This document shows positions 8,976-18,350 of a stretch of DNA of 32,000 bases, piece by piece. A program made the position numbers and the translations under genes. Every line of letters begins with the position of its first letter. Position 1 is the first letter of the stretch. This DNA is from Psychrobacter cryohalolentis K5 (lineage in GTDB: Bacteria; Pseudomonadota; Gammaproteobacteria; Pseudomonadales; Moraxellaceae): NCBI RefSeq assembly GCF_000013905.1, contig NC_007969.1, forward strand, positions 1,320,001-1,352,000. Direction: 5' to 3'. The notes under the pieces were generated by a model, which searched no databases, was not told where the DNA came from, and worked only from the letters and a program-made list of their open reading frames with translations.

Positions 8976-9335
8976 TTAAATTAAAAAAGCCTTGAACAAC
9001 CATAAAAAGCCATTAATTGCAGTGATACCGACCACCATGCTGACCAGTAATTGACGGCTAATATGATAGACAAACAATACCAATAATAAAGCGCCTATTT
9101 GTGCCATTAATAAATGTACTTCTGCGCTACTGATATCGATATTTTGTGACAAACCTTGATAAGACAAGCTGGTCAAAATAAGCAGTACCATGACCGATAG
9201 CGGTAAACTTTCATTTAATCGATGCAGCCAAGGCGTATCCAGTAGCTTTTTGGGTATTAAAGCGGGTAGAGCGCGGGTAATAAAAGTCACTGCGGCCATC
9301 GCGAACGTTGCAAAAATCAGATAACTACTGCTCAT
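8976..9335 (-). CDS. azlD: Branched-chain amino acid exporter small subunit AzlD
   Basis: Small 4-TM protein (YLIFATFAMAAVTFITRALPALIP...). It overlaps the stop of the upstream azlC-like gene. ATG at 9335 (MSSSYLIF) is preferred over the track start at 9374. Confidence 0.75.
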   Translation of the reverse strand: MSSSYLIFATFAMAAVTFITRALPALIPKKLLDTPWLHRLNESLPLSVMVLLILTSLSYQGLSQNIDISSAEVHLLMAQIGALLLVLFVYHISRQLLVSMVVGITAINGFLWLFKAFLI

Positions 9336-10056
9336 TATTGCCTCCTTGCACACTGCGCTGCACCCAAACTCCACGGACTAAAATCATAAGCATACAAATC
9401 GTAATCGCTACCAATAATAACCAGTTACTGGTAAAAAAAGAGGCGATGACTAAAGCAATGACAGCAATAATAATAGGGAAATAACGTTTGATACTTTGGA
9501 ATTGCTCATAAGCTAAAATCGCAAACAGACAGACCAAGGCAAAGTCTAAATGTGGCACCAAATCACTGAGTGCACTACCGATCATTACACCAATCGCACC
9601 TGCTAATACCCACCAGCTTTGATTGAATAAGCTTATGGGCACTATCAATGCTTGTCGTGATTCATTCGGCAAACTGGTCATCACCGAAAAAGTTTCGTCA
9701 GTTAGAGCAAACAAGCAATAAGTCTTGGCTATTTTGTTCTTTGGCAGATATTGTAATAACGGCATGCCATAAAAAACATGACGCAAGTTAATAGCAGCAA
9801 TATTGGTTGCGATATTGCCAATCGGTAATCCAGCACTTAACATTGGTAGGCAGGCATATTGAGCGGCACCCGCATACAACACCACGCTGAGCATAATCGT
9901 TGCCCATACTGGTATACCAGCAACTTGCGCAAGCACACCAAAGGCGATGCCCGCTGGCAAATAACCCATGGCGACTGGTAAGCTTTTTTTAAAGCCTTCT
10001 CCCCAGTCATAGCCCTGTATCTGAGTTTGATTGATCTCATTTGATTGAGTATTCAC
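9325..10056 (-). CDS. azlC: Branched-chain amino acid exporter AzlC
   Basis: 243-aa polytopic protein with AzlC-type blocks LPAGIAFGVLA, YAGAAQY and NLRHVFYG. Paired with azlD. Confidence 0.8.
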   Translation of the reverse strand: MNTQSNEINQTQIQGYDWGEGFKKSLPVAMGYLPAGIAFGVLAQVAGIPVWATIMLSVVLYAGAAQYACLPMLSAGLPIGNIATNIAAINLRHVFYGMPLLQYLPKNKIAKTYCLFALTDETFSVMTSLPNESRQALIVPISLFNQSWWVLAGAIGVMIGSALSDLVPHLDFALVCLFAILAYEQFQSIKRYFPIIIAVIALVIASFFTSNWLLLVAITICMLMILVRGVWVQRSVQGGNNEQ

Positions 10057-10130
10057 GTCACATCCTAGTTTTTACCATTCTTGTTTATTATTAAATTTTA
10101 AAGGGAGCTTAATAGTGTAATGGCAATCGG

Positions 10131-11549
10131 TCAATGGTCAAGTTGGAGTTTTTCATAGCTGCTAGTTTGATGAGCATGGTATAAAAATCCAGCAAGTATC
10201 AGCATTCTTAGCAACAATAAACACCATACGCTGAGCCAGATGCCCGTCATAGCCCACTGCTGATAAAGCAACCAACTCAATGGGAAAAAGATAGCCGCTA
10301 ATATAAGGGCTGCATTGCGAATAATGCTACCTGCTGTTAAACCAAAAAATATCCCATCTAACCAGTAAGCACCAACCCCGACAAGTGGTAACAGGACAGC
10401 ATATAAATGATAGTCATAAGCAAGCGTAAAAACAGGTTCGATATTGGTCATAAACTGTAAATATGTGGGCATGGCAAGCCACCATATTGCACTTAGCAGA
10501 ATAGCAAGACCGTAGCTGACGATGCCGGTACGTTTCACGATAATGCGAAAGCGTGACCAATCTCGTCGACCTGCTGCTTGTCCACTTAACGTCTCAGCAG
10601 AGACTGCCACCCCGTCAAGGGCAAAGGCTGAGATGCTCAATACTTGTAATAAAATAGCATTGGCAGCGAGTATGACGTCACCGCTTTGAGCAGAGAGTCG
10701 AGTAATCCAAGCAAAGCTTAATGTTAAAATAAGCGTACGAATAAAAATATCTTTATTTAATGAAAATAGCCTAAGCATCTTATCTTTATTAAAATGCTGC
10801 GGATCAGCAGTAAATAACGCCTGCCAAGAGATTTTCAAATGTAGACGACTTAACCATAATGCCAATACTACGCCCAACCAAAACGCAATCGCTGTACCCA
10901 ATGCAACACCGACCAAGCCCATATCCATTGCAAAAACAAAAAATAGTGTCAGAATGATATTGAGTATAGCGATAAAACCTTGTTGATATAGCATATAACG
11001 GGTCTTGCCTTGACCTGCAAACCAGCCAATAAAAGCAAAGTTCATTAGCTCAGCAATCACACCCCAAAAGCGCACATTTAAATAGGTCTTTGCTGCATCG
11101 CCGCTATCAGGATTGGCGGCAAGCGCTTGTAGACCAAAATCAATGAGCCAAGGTTTTACCAGTAGTAAAACGGCACCAATCATAAATGCCAAAACCAAAG
11201 CGCGTTGCAAGATGGACAACAGCGGTGATTGCTGACTAGGATTATTCTTTAGAGTATCGTTATGAGCGGTATTTTTATTAGCCAGCTGTCCTAGCGCCTG
11301 TGCCGAAAGTCCAGATGAAGCATATTGCAAAAAGTTAAAACTGACGAGCAATAGTGATAGCAGTTGTACTGCAAGCCCGATACCAGCAAGTTTTGCCGTA
11401 TCATTCATATTGCCAATAATCGCCGTATCAATGACGCTTTGGAGTGGCATTGCAAGATTTGCCAATAATACTGGCAATGCAATAGCGATAATACGTGCAT
11501 AGCGAGTATCAATAGACGGCATAGGACGTGGCGGTAGCATAGATGACAT
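10131..11549 (-). CDS. MATE family efflux transporter
   Basis: 472 aa, about 12 TM, with N-terminal ALPVLLANLAMPLQSVIDTAIIGN typical of MATE/DinF-like proteins. Confidence 0.8.
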   Translation of the reverse strand: MSSMLPPRPMPSIDTRYARIIAIALPVLLANLAMPLQSVIDTAIIGNMNDTAKLAGIGLAVQLLSLLLVSFNFLQYASSGLSAQALGQLANKNTAHNDTLKNNPSQQSPLLSILQRALVLAFMIGAVLLLVKPWLIDFGLQALAANPDSGDAAKTYLNVRFWGVIAELMNFAFIGWFAGQGKTRYMLYQQGFIAILNIILTLFFVFAMDMGLVGVALGTAIAFWLGVVLALWLSRLHLKISWQALFTADPQHFNKDKMLRLFSLNKDIFIRTLILTLSFAWITRLSAQSGDVILAANAILLQVLSISAFALDGVAVSAETLSGQAAGRRDWSRFRIIVKRTGIVSYGLAILLSAIWWLAMPTYLQFMTNIEPVFTLAYDYHLYAVLLPLVGVGAYWLDGIFFGLTAGSIIRNAALILAAIFFPLSWLLYQQWAMTGIWLSVWCLLLLRMLILAGFLYHAHQTSSYEKLQLDH

Positions 11550-11665
11550 AAGGCAATCGCTTAGATAGGCAGATTAAGAATGCTCATAGGTAGTGCTAAG
11601 GATAATAACTTATAGCAGCGCTAAAATTTTTAGGTATTGATTTGATTTTGACCATTATACATAAA

Positions 11666-11695
11666 CAAAAGCACCTAGAGTCTAGGTGCTTTTTT
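11666..11695 (-). terminator. Intrinsic terminator downstream of secF
   Basis: agcacctaga-g-tctaggtgct is a perfect inverted repeat flanked by A/T runs. On the minus strand the hairpin is followed by TTTTGTTT. Confidence 0.6.
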
Positions 11696-11756
11696 CATGA
11701 TCACGCTTATCTACTCACTTAATAGAGAATTTACCAAGTGAGCAGGGGTGCCATTA

Positions 11757-13001
11757 TCAATCTTGTTCAAACATCTTTGGATCATTGAAAGTCACGATTT
11801 CTTCTTCAAACTCAGGTTTTACTTTGACGATAAAGTCATCACGTGACAGACCCATCGCTAGAGGAATCGAGCTTGCAATATAGGTAGAGGAATAAGTACC
11901 AGCAAGTAAACCAATAAACAGTGCCGCTGAGAACCAGAATAAGCCATCACCGCCCAAGAACAGCATTGCTAATACCACTAATAGCACGGTTGAGATAGTC
12001 ATAATCGTACGGCGTAGTGTCTCTGTTAATGACAAATCAATGGTTTGACGCGGACTGATCCCGCGGACACGGCGGAAATTTTCACGGATACGGTCATAGA
12101 CAACGATGGTATCGTTCAATGAATAACCAATCAATGCCAAGATGGCTGCTAGTACTGTTAAATCGAATGGGAAGCCAAATAAGGCAAAGACACCGATGGT
12201 CACGATAGCATCATGGAACAAGGACAATACCGCGCCAAGTGCCAGTTTGAACTGAAAGCGCAGGGCGACATATCCCAGCATACACGCTAGTGCAAGCACA
12301 ATTGACATGACTGAGCTTAAATAGATCTCGTTACCAACTTGACTACCGATAATATTCACGTTGCTGATTTCAACATCGTTATTAGGTAGCGCTAACGCTT
12401 CGCTCAAGCTGTTGTTAAGACCATCAATGTTATCAGATTGAGGCGGCAAACGTATTAGCAGCTCTTGCGAGGTGCCTAGGTACTGCACGACTGCATCATC
12501 AAAGCCATTATCTGCCAACGCAGTAACCACATCACCTTGCTCAACGGATTGCTCATAGCGCACATCTGCTGACACGCCACCGGTAAAATCAAGACCAAGG
12601 TTCAAGCCATTGACCGCAATTGCAATGATACTACCAATCACCAAAATGATTGATAAAATGCCCATTGGCTTTTCTAGCTTCATAAAAGGGATGATACGCT
12701 GATCACCGACGGCTTTGATACCCCCTTCGGCATAGGCAGCAGCATCTTCAGCGGCATCACCTAATGCTAAGCTAGGATCAAGAGCAGTAGTCGCGAATAC
12801 TTGACTGTCTTTATTAGCGCCTTTGCCAGTACGCTGAGTTTTACTGGCTGATTTCTTAGCAGTGGCGTTATTGGTTTGGGTATTGCTACCTTTGCCATCA
12901 CGGCGCGGTTTTTTACGCCCACGCCCACTTGCTTCACTATTTGAGCCGTTGGGTTCTGGATTGTTCTGTTTTTCTAGAGGATTGTTATTATCGATTGCCA
13001 T
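11757..13001 (-). CDS. secF: Protein translocase subunit SecF with ~100-aa basic low-complexity N-terminal extension
   Basis: A SecF core from IPFMKLEKPMGILSIILV onward (DFTGG, GYSLNDTIVVYDRIREN). ATG 13001 is preceded by AGGAGA and lies 9 nt after the secD stop. Confidence 0.9.
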   Translation of the reverse strand: MAIDNNNPLEKQNNPEPNGSNSEASGRGRKKPRRDGKGSNTQTNNATAKKSASKTQRTGKGANKDSQVFATTALDPSLALGDAAEDAAAYAEGGIKAVGDQRIIPFMKLEKPMGILSIILVIGSIIAIAVNGLNLGLDFTGGVSADVRYEQSVEQGDVVTALADNGFDDAVVQYLGTSQELLIRLPPQSDNIDGLNNSLSEALALPNNDVEISNVNIIGSQVGNEIYLSSVMSIVLALACMLGYVALRFQFKLALGAVLSLFHDAIVTIGVFALFGFPFDLTVLAAILALIGYSLNDTIVVYDRIRENFRRVRGISPRQTIDLSLTETLRRTIMTISTVLLVVLAMLFLGGDGLFWFSAALFIGLLAGTYSSTYIASSIPLAMGLSRDDFIVKVKPEFEEEIVTFNDPKMFEQD

Positions 13002-13010
13002 AGTTTTCTC

Positions 13011-14888
13011 CTAACCGATGCTCAGACGTTTGATAGATTTACGCTTACCATAAGCAATTTGTATCAGTGCACGGGTTACTAAAATTGCCGTAAACAGCGA
13101 GCTGACAATACCAATGGCTAAAGTAATCGCAAAGCCTTTAATCGGACCTGTACCAATCGCAAATAAGATAAAGGCGACCAGTAAGGTTGTGATATTGGCA
13201 TCGAAAATACTACTATAAGCACGATCAAAACCTGCCACGATAGCCGATTTCGGTCTGACTCCATTAGCTATTTCCTCGCGAATACGCTCAAAAATCAGCA
13301 CGTTGGCATCGACCGCCATACCAATGGTCAATACAATACCAGCGATACCCGGTAGCGTCAGTGATGAGCCTAAGATGGACATAATAGAGATAATAATAAT
13401 AACGTTGAATGCTAGAGCAATATTGGCAATCACACCAAACAGACGATAGAAGATAATCATAAATGCAAAGACTAGTAAGTAACCAACCTGCGTAGAGAAT
13501 AAGCCTTTATCGATATTTTCCTGACCCAGTGATGGACCAATGGTGCGCTCTTCAACAAAATACATCGGTGCCGCTAACGCGCCTGAGCGTAGTAACAATG
13601 CAAGCTCAGCGGCTTCAGCACTACTATCCAGACCAGTGATACGGAAAGATGAGCCTAGTACTGCTTGGATATTGGCACGGTTAATGACTTTTGTTTCAGC
13701 ATATGGCGTCCGAACTTCAGTCGTTTCGCCAGTAACTGGGTCTTCTTCATAAGCGATGCGCTGTTTATTTTCAATAAACAATACTGCCATTTGTTTGCCA
13801 ACCGCTGTACGGGTAGCATTCTGCATCAGCTTACCACCAGCACTGTCTAAGGTGATACTAACCTCAGGTGAGCCACTTTCATCAATACCGGTTTGAGCAT
13901 TGGTAACTTTATCACCAGTGACAATCGCTTGGCGCTCTAATAATACTGGCGGACCATCAAGGGTTTCAAATGGGAACGCTTCAGTACCGGCAGGTGGAAT
14001 ACCGCCTGTATAGTTTTCGGCACCTTCAGCGACCATACGGAATTCAAGATTGGCCGTACGACCAAGGACGCGTTTTGCCTCAGCGGTATCTTGTACACCT
14101 GGTAGCTCAACGACGATACGGCTAGCACCTTGTGATTGTACCAAGGCTTCTGTTACCCCAAGTTCAGCAATACGATTGCGTAGGGTAGTCAAGTTTTGAT
14201 TGACCGCATAGCTGTTGATTTCATCAAGCGTTGCATCGTTATACGCCAAAATCAGGGCAGGGCCTTGCTCATCAATAGAAGATTGCAGGGCAAAGGTATT
14301 ACCCATTGAGCTTTGCAAAACGTTTTGGGCACGGTTACGAGTGTCTGTATCGGAAAAATGCAATACCACGCTACGCTTGTCGTTTTTGATACCTTTGACA
14401 GCAATGCGCTCAGCTCTTAGATCTCGTCGAATATCGCGACTGGCACTGGTCAGACGTTGTTCGAGCGCCTTGTCCATATCAACTTCTAAGACGAAACGAA
14501 CGCCGCCACGCAAATCAAGACCAAGTTTCATGGGCTTTGCGCCGATATCACGCAACCACTGCGGCGTTGTCTGCGCTAAGTTCAGTGCGACTACATAGTT
14601 CTCACCCAAGTTTTTTCTCAATACTTCCTGAGCTTTGAGCTGATCGACTGGATTGTCAAGACGTACCAATGCACTGTTACCTTTGAACGTACCATCATGG
14701 TAGTTCAAGCCAGCTTCTTTTAACAAGTCTTGTGACTGCGTTAAAATGCCATCAGACAACTGTGTGCCTGCTGCAGCACTGGTAATCTGTACGGCAGGTT
14801 CGTCAGGATATAAGTTAGGAGCAGCGTATAGACCGGCAATGATAAGTACGACGGTGATGAGTAGGTATTTCCAAGCGGGATATTGCAT
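13011..14888 (-). CDS. secD: Protein translocase subunit SecD
   Basis: MQYPAWKYLLITVVLIIAGLYA, LGLDLRGG, a large periplasmic domain and C-terminal TM bundle motifs (GMAVDANVLIFERIREE). ATG 14888 is preferred over the track start at 14933. Confidence 0.93.
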   Translation of the reverse strand: MQYPAWKYLLITVVLIIAGLYAAPNLYPDEPAVQITSAAAGTQLSDGILTQSQDLLKEAGLNYHDGTFKGNSALVRLDNPVDQLKAQEVLRKNLGENYVVALNLAQTTPQWLRDIGAKPMKLGLDLRGGVRFVLEVDMDKALEQRLTSASRDIRRDLRAERIAVKGIKNDKRSVVLHFSDTDTRNRAQNVLQSSMGNTFALQSSIDEQGPALILAYNDATLDEINSYAVNQNLTTLRNRIAELGVTEALVQSQGASRIVVELPGVQDTAEAKRVLGRTANLEFRMVAEGAENYTGGIPPAGTEAFPFETLDGPPVLLERQAIVTGDKVTNAQTGIDESGSPEVSITLDSAGGKLMQNATRTAVGKQMAVLFIENKQRIAYEEDPVTGETTEVRTPYAETKVINRANIQAVLGSSFRITGLDSSAEAAELALLLRSGALAAPMYFVEERTIGPSLGQENIDKGLFSTQVGYLLVFAFMIIFYRLFGVIANIALAFNVIIIISIMSILGSSLTLPGIAGIVLTIGMAVDANVLIFERIREEIANGVRPKSAIVAGFDRAYSSIFDANITTLLVAFILFAIGTGPIKGFAITLAIGIVSSLFTAILVTRALIQIAYGKRKSIKRLSIG

Positions 14889-15054
14889 AATCACTTCTTT
14901 AGGTTGATAAACTACTGGCGACGCAGGCCACAAGTTAGCAGATGGGAAGTTAGCGATAACAATGGTGAGGTGCTTATTTAGCTGTCATAGAAGCCATGAA
15001 TAGTGCACCACTGTGATCATCCGCGATGATAATAAAGCATAAAACGGTAAAGCC

Positions 15055-15087
15055 AAAAATGACCGTAAATAATGTACGGTCATTTTA
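15055..15087 (-). terminator. Hairpin plus T-run between yajC and secD (possible terminator or attenuator)
   Basis: aaaatgaccgta (15056-15067) pairs perfectly with tacggtcatttt (15075-15086) around a 7-nt loop. On the minus strand it is followed by TTTTTGGCTTT. Confidence 0.5.
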
Positions 15088-15194
15088 TAATCATTACAAC
15101 TGTTAATTGATACTGATACAGTAATAGCCAGTCATTATCGTGCTGACTAATTTTAACGATCACATATATCAATTATCAAAGATGTCAATGACGT

Positions 15195-15521
15195 TTAAAC
15201 GCTTTCGATAGTACCAGCTGGCAATACTGAAATAACAGAAGCACGTTGTACTTTGATATCTGTATTATTATTTAAGCTTACCACTGCATAATCGCCTTCC
15301 AAATGTTTGATACGACCCATCAAACCACCAGCAAATATGATTTCACTGCCGACTGTCAAAGCACTTACCATAGCGCGATGCTCTTTAGTACGTTTTGATT
15401 GTGGACGAATCACCAAAAAGTAAAAAATAGCAAAAAAAGCAACTGGTAATAAGATTTGACCGAACAGTGATGCCGCACCGGCAGTTTCAGCAGCATGAGC
15501 GGCTTGGATAAATAACAACAT
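15195..15521 (-). CDS. yajC: Preprotein translocase subunit YajC
   Basis: Single TM followed by FYFLVIRPQSKRTKEH (the YajC signature). It sits upstream of secDF. ATG 15521 is preferred over TTG 15536. Confidence 0.88.
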   Translation of the reverse strand: MLLFIQAAHAAETAGAASLFGQILLPVAFFAIFYFLVIRPQSKRTKEHRAMVSALTVGSEIIFAGGLMGRIKHLEGDYAVVSLNNNTDIKVQRASVISVLPAGTIESV

Positions 15522-16092
15522 AGTTTCTCTCGACAAGTTATAGATAACAATTAATTTAGACGCATAGTAGCAAAAAATACCAGACTTGGTAACTGTTAAT
15601 CATAAGCTGGATATGTTTTTCTTAAGCTAAAGGCATGTTGATAGCGCATTATTTTGTCTATCTTACTTTTTAAACTGTCTACATTATATAGAATCCATTG
15701 ACTTATAAAACAAGCCCAATAGTAAATAGTTAACATGCCATCAAGCGAAACCCGTATTTCTCTCATTCGCAAATGTATCGTGATTATTGAAATATATAGC
15801 GATTTATTGTGAAATAAGCGCATCAATGCTACTATCGAAAGCAAATAGTCGCCAGTTTTTACAGTAAGATTTAAGCCATTGTGCTGAGCGATATGTGCTC
15901 ATTTATATATCAAAGATCCAGACCATATCAGATAATATTTTCTATCTGCTTGCCTCTGCTCATGATATATTGTGACTTCCTTTTACTTCTTTGTTTAGGT
16001 TACCTAACTTGTTCACCTCTTTTATGTCTGTACCTCGTTTACATCGTTCGCGTGCTTGTCGTAAAGACGCCTCTGCCAAACCTCCCCCGACG

Positions 16093-17298
16093 ATGCGCGG
16101 CGATACTCGCTTGAGTATCAAATCATTGTTGGTATTATTCGGGATAACGTTACTGCCGCAAACGGTTTGGGCGGCTGAAGCTTTGGCAGACCCAAGTGCC
16201 AGTAGCATACTACTGCTCATCTTATTTGTGGTAGTAGCGATTGGTATCTCATTTATCTGTTCGTTGGCAGAGGCTGCATTGCTCAGTATGACCCCGTCAT
16301 ATATTGCTGACATTCAAGAAACCAATCCAAAAAAAGCAAATATGCTAAAAAGCTTAAAGGTTGATAATATCGATCAGTCTTTGGCAGCTATCTTGACGCT
16401 AAATACAGTGGCGCATACCTTAGGCTCTATCGGTGCTGGTGCGCAGGCAACGATTGTATTTGGTAGTGCCTGGTTTGGTCTGTTTTCTGCAATCATGACA
16501 TTGGCGATTTTGTTTTTGTCGGAAATCATGCCAAAAACGCTCGGAACAATATACTGGCGACAACTAGGTGGCGTTGTTGCTTATTTTGTCCGCGGTATTA
16601 TATTGCTGCTGTATCCACTTATTTGGATATCAGAGAAGTTCACCAAGCTGCTTGTACGCGGTAAAGAGCCGCAGGCGTTTAGCCGTCGTGAGTTTGCCGC
16701 GCTTGCCAGTATTGGTGAAGAAGCAGGACAGATCGACCCATTAGAGTCACGTATCATCCGTAACCTATTGGCATTTGGCGCTATTAAAGTCGAAGATATA
16801 ATGACACCGCGTTCAGTGATGCTGGCGTTTGAAGAAAATAAAACCGTTGCAGAATTATTGGTTGATCGCCCAAAGCTGACATTCTCAAGATTGCCAATTT
16901 ATGATGGCGATTTGGACAATATTACAGGTTTTGTGTTGAAGACGGACATGCTATTAGCAAAGGTGAATCATGCTGTCGATAGACCATTGACGCAGTTTAA
17001 ACGAGATATCACTTTTGTATTCTCAAAAATGAAGTTATTTGATCTACTAGAGCTGATGCTCAAAAACCGTATCCATATTGCTATTACGGTTGGTGAGTAT
17101 GGCGAAGTCAAAGGTTTAGTTACTCTAGAAGATGTGTTCGAAACTCTCTTAGGTCTTGAGATTGTCGATGAGATAGATCGCGTTGAAGACATGCAAGCAT
17201 TGGCACGGCAAATGATGGACAGACGTGTCGAGCGCTTGGGTATGAAGCTAAGTGATGATGAGCATTACGAAGACTATACGGCTGACAGTAAGCAGTAA
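16093..17298 (+). CDS. CNNM/DUF21 transmembrane domain plus CBS-pair protein (hemolysin-family, putative divalent cation efflux)
   Basis: Signal-like N-terminus MRGDTRLSIKSLLVLFGITLLPQTVWA, a DUF21 block (SLAEAALLSM..., GSIGAGA, SEIMPKTLG), then a CBS pair (VEDIMTPRS..., RIHIAITVGEYGEVKGLVTLEDVFE). The track start (TTG 15991) adds an implausible leader. Confidence 0.8.
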   Translation: MRGDTRLSIKSLLVLFGITLLPQTVWAAEALADPSASSILLLILFVVVAIGISFICSLAEAALLSMTPSYIADIQETNPKKANMLKSLKVDNIDQSLAAILTLNTVAHTLGSIGAGAQATIVFGSAWFGLFSAIMTLAILFLSEIMPKTLGTIYWRQLGGVVAYFVRGIILLLYPLIWISEKFTKLLVRGKEPQAFSRREFAALASIGEEAGQIDPLESRIIRNLLAFGAIKVEDIMTPRSVMLAFEENKTVAELLVDRPKLTFSRLPIYDGDLDNITGFVLKTDMLLAKVNHAVDRPLTQFKRDITFVFSKMKLFDLLELMLKNRIHIAITVGEYGEVKGLVTLEDVFETLLGLEIVDEIDRVEDMQALARQMMDRRVERLGMKLSDDEHYEDYTADSKQ

Positions 17299-17680
17299 AA
17301 ACTTAATCAGTTTTTATTGCGTAAACTACTGATAATTTATCGTATGCTTTTTATAAAATAGCTCATTTATTCAAAAAGCATACTTTACTGAAGTAGTCGC
17401 AATAATTACACAGGGTGTCACATGGCTGTGAGAATTGAGTGATAGGCTAAAAGTATCCTAATAAGAGGCTGCTAGAAATCTAATATAAAAGCACTTGTTA
17501 GAAATGCCTATCAATAGAAATACTCGTTAATTACTGCATCGATTGAAGATACTAGTTCGTCAGTAGTTAAAAGTTTAGGGTATAAGATTTATTAGATATA
17601 AATAGCACTCTATAATTAAATCGTAGCTATTTCATTGTCGTTCAATAGTAATGATTATAAAGCCACCATTAAGGAATATC

Positions 17681-18175
17681 ATGAAACAACTATGGGGAAA
17701 AGGGTTATTGGCTCTATTGATAAAAGGTGCCAGCTTGGCGGCAATCGTTGCTGCTGTCAGCACCATAACTATCACTGCGCAAGCAGCAACCATGACTGAA
17801 GCCTTGGTACAAAACTACGCGACTGCTATGAAGTCTGCCGCTAATAATCGAAATATTAATCAGGTGGCGCGTTTGGTTTCTGATGAGGCATTGATTTCGT
17901 TGTCAAGAAAAGGCAAGTCTACCAGTTTGGATAAAGAGGCTTATTTAAAATTGCTGCAAAATAGCTGGGGCAATACCTCAAACTATCGCTATGACATCAA
18001 TGTTGATAACATTGTAATTTCAGGTGAACAAGCAAAAGCCAATGTAACGACCAATGAAAGCTGGGTCAAAGATGGTCAAAAGGTCTCCTTTGTTACTACT
18101 TCAAGAGTGACACTGGCTTTGTCTACTGGTGACGCCATACTTCTGCGTGCTGTATCCCAAGTTACGATTAATTAG
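17681..18175 (+). CDS. Secreted hypothetical protein, possibly NTF2/SnoaL-like fold
   Basis: AAGGAA RBS 5 nt before ATG 17681. Signal peptide MKQLWGKGLLALLIKGASLAAIVAAVSTITITAQA. The ~125-aa mature part alternates helix then beta strands, like DUF4440/SnoaL proteins (weak call). Confidence 0.55.
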   Translation: MKQLWGKGLLALLIKGASLAAIVAAVSTITITAQAATMTEALVQNYATAMKSAANNRNINQVARLVSDEALISLSRKGKSTSLDKEAYLKLLQNSWGNTSNYRYDINVDNIVISGEQAKANVTTNESWVKDGQKVSFVTTSRVTLALSTGDAILLRAVSQVTIN

Positions 18176-18350
18176 TCTTCGTTCAATAATAAAGTCAGCT
18201 AATGAGCAGAACCTTTAGCCATCAATGATAGGGCACATTAATTTTTGTGCATTATCTTTTATATTGAGCTGGTCTTTATTTGATATTGCGTACTATACTG
18301 TCGATCAACTTTATTTCATCACTTCTCGTTGTTAGGAAACTTCCATTATC

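Noticed and set aside
15596-16313. ORFs 15596..15844 (-, 82 aa, TTG start), 15881..16114 (+, 77 aa) and 15960..16313 (-, 117 aa) in or near the AT-rich 570-bp gap upstream of yajC
   Set aside because: None has an RBS, a recognisable motif or coding-like composition, and two overlap the CNNM gene leader. I treat 15522-16092 as a divergent promoter/spacer region. It is notable only because tgt/queA, often found upstream of yajC, are absent.
17342-17384. 11-bp inverted repeat gtatgcttttt...aaaaagcatac downstream of the CNNM gene
   Set aside because: The 21-nt AT-rich loop and AT-rich stem make a weak structure. It could be a poor terminator but is not distinctive enough to report as a feature.
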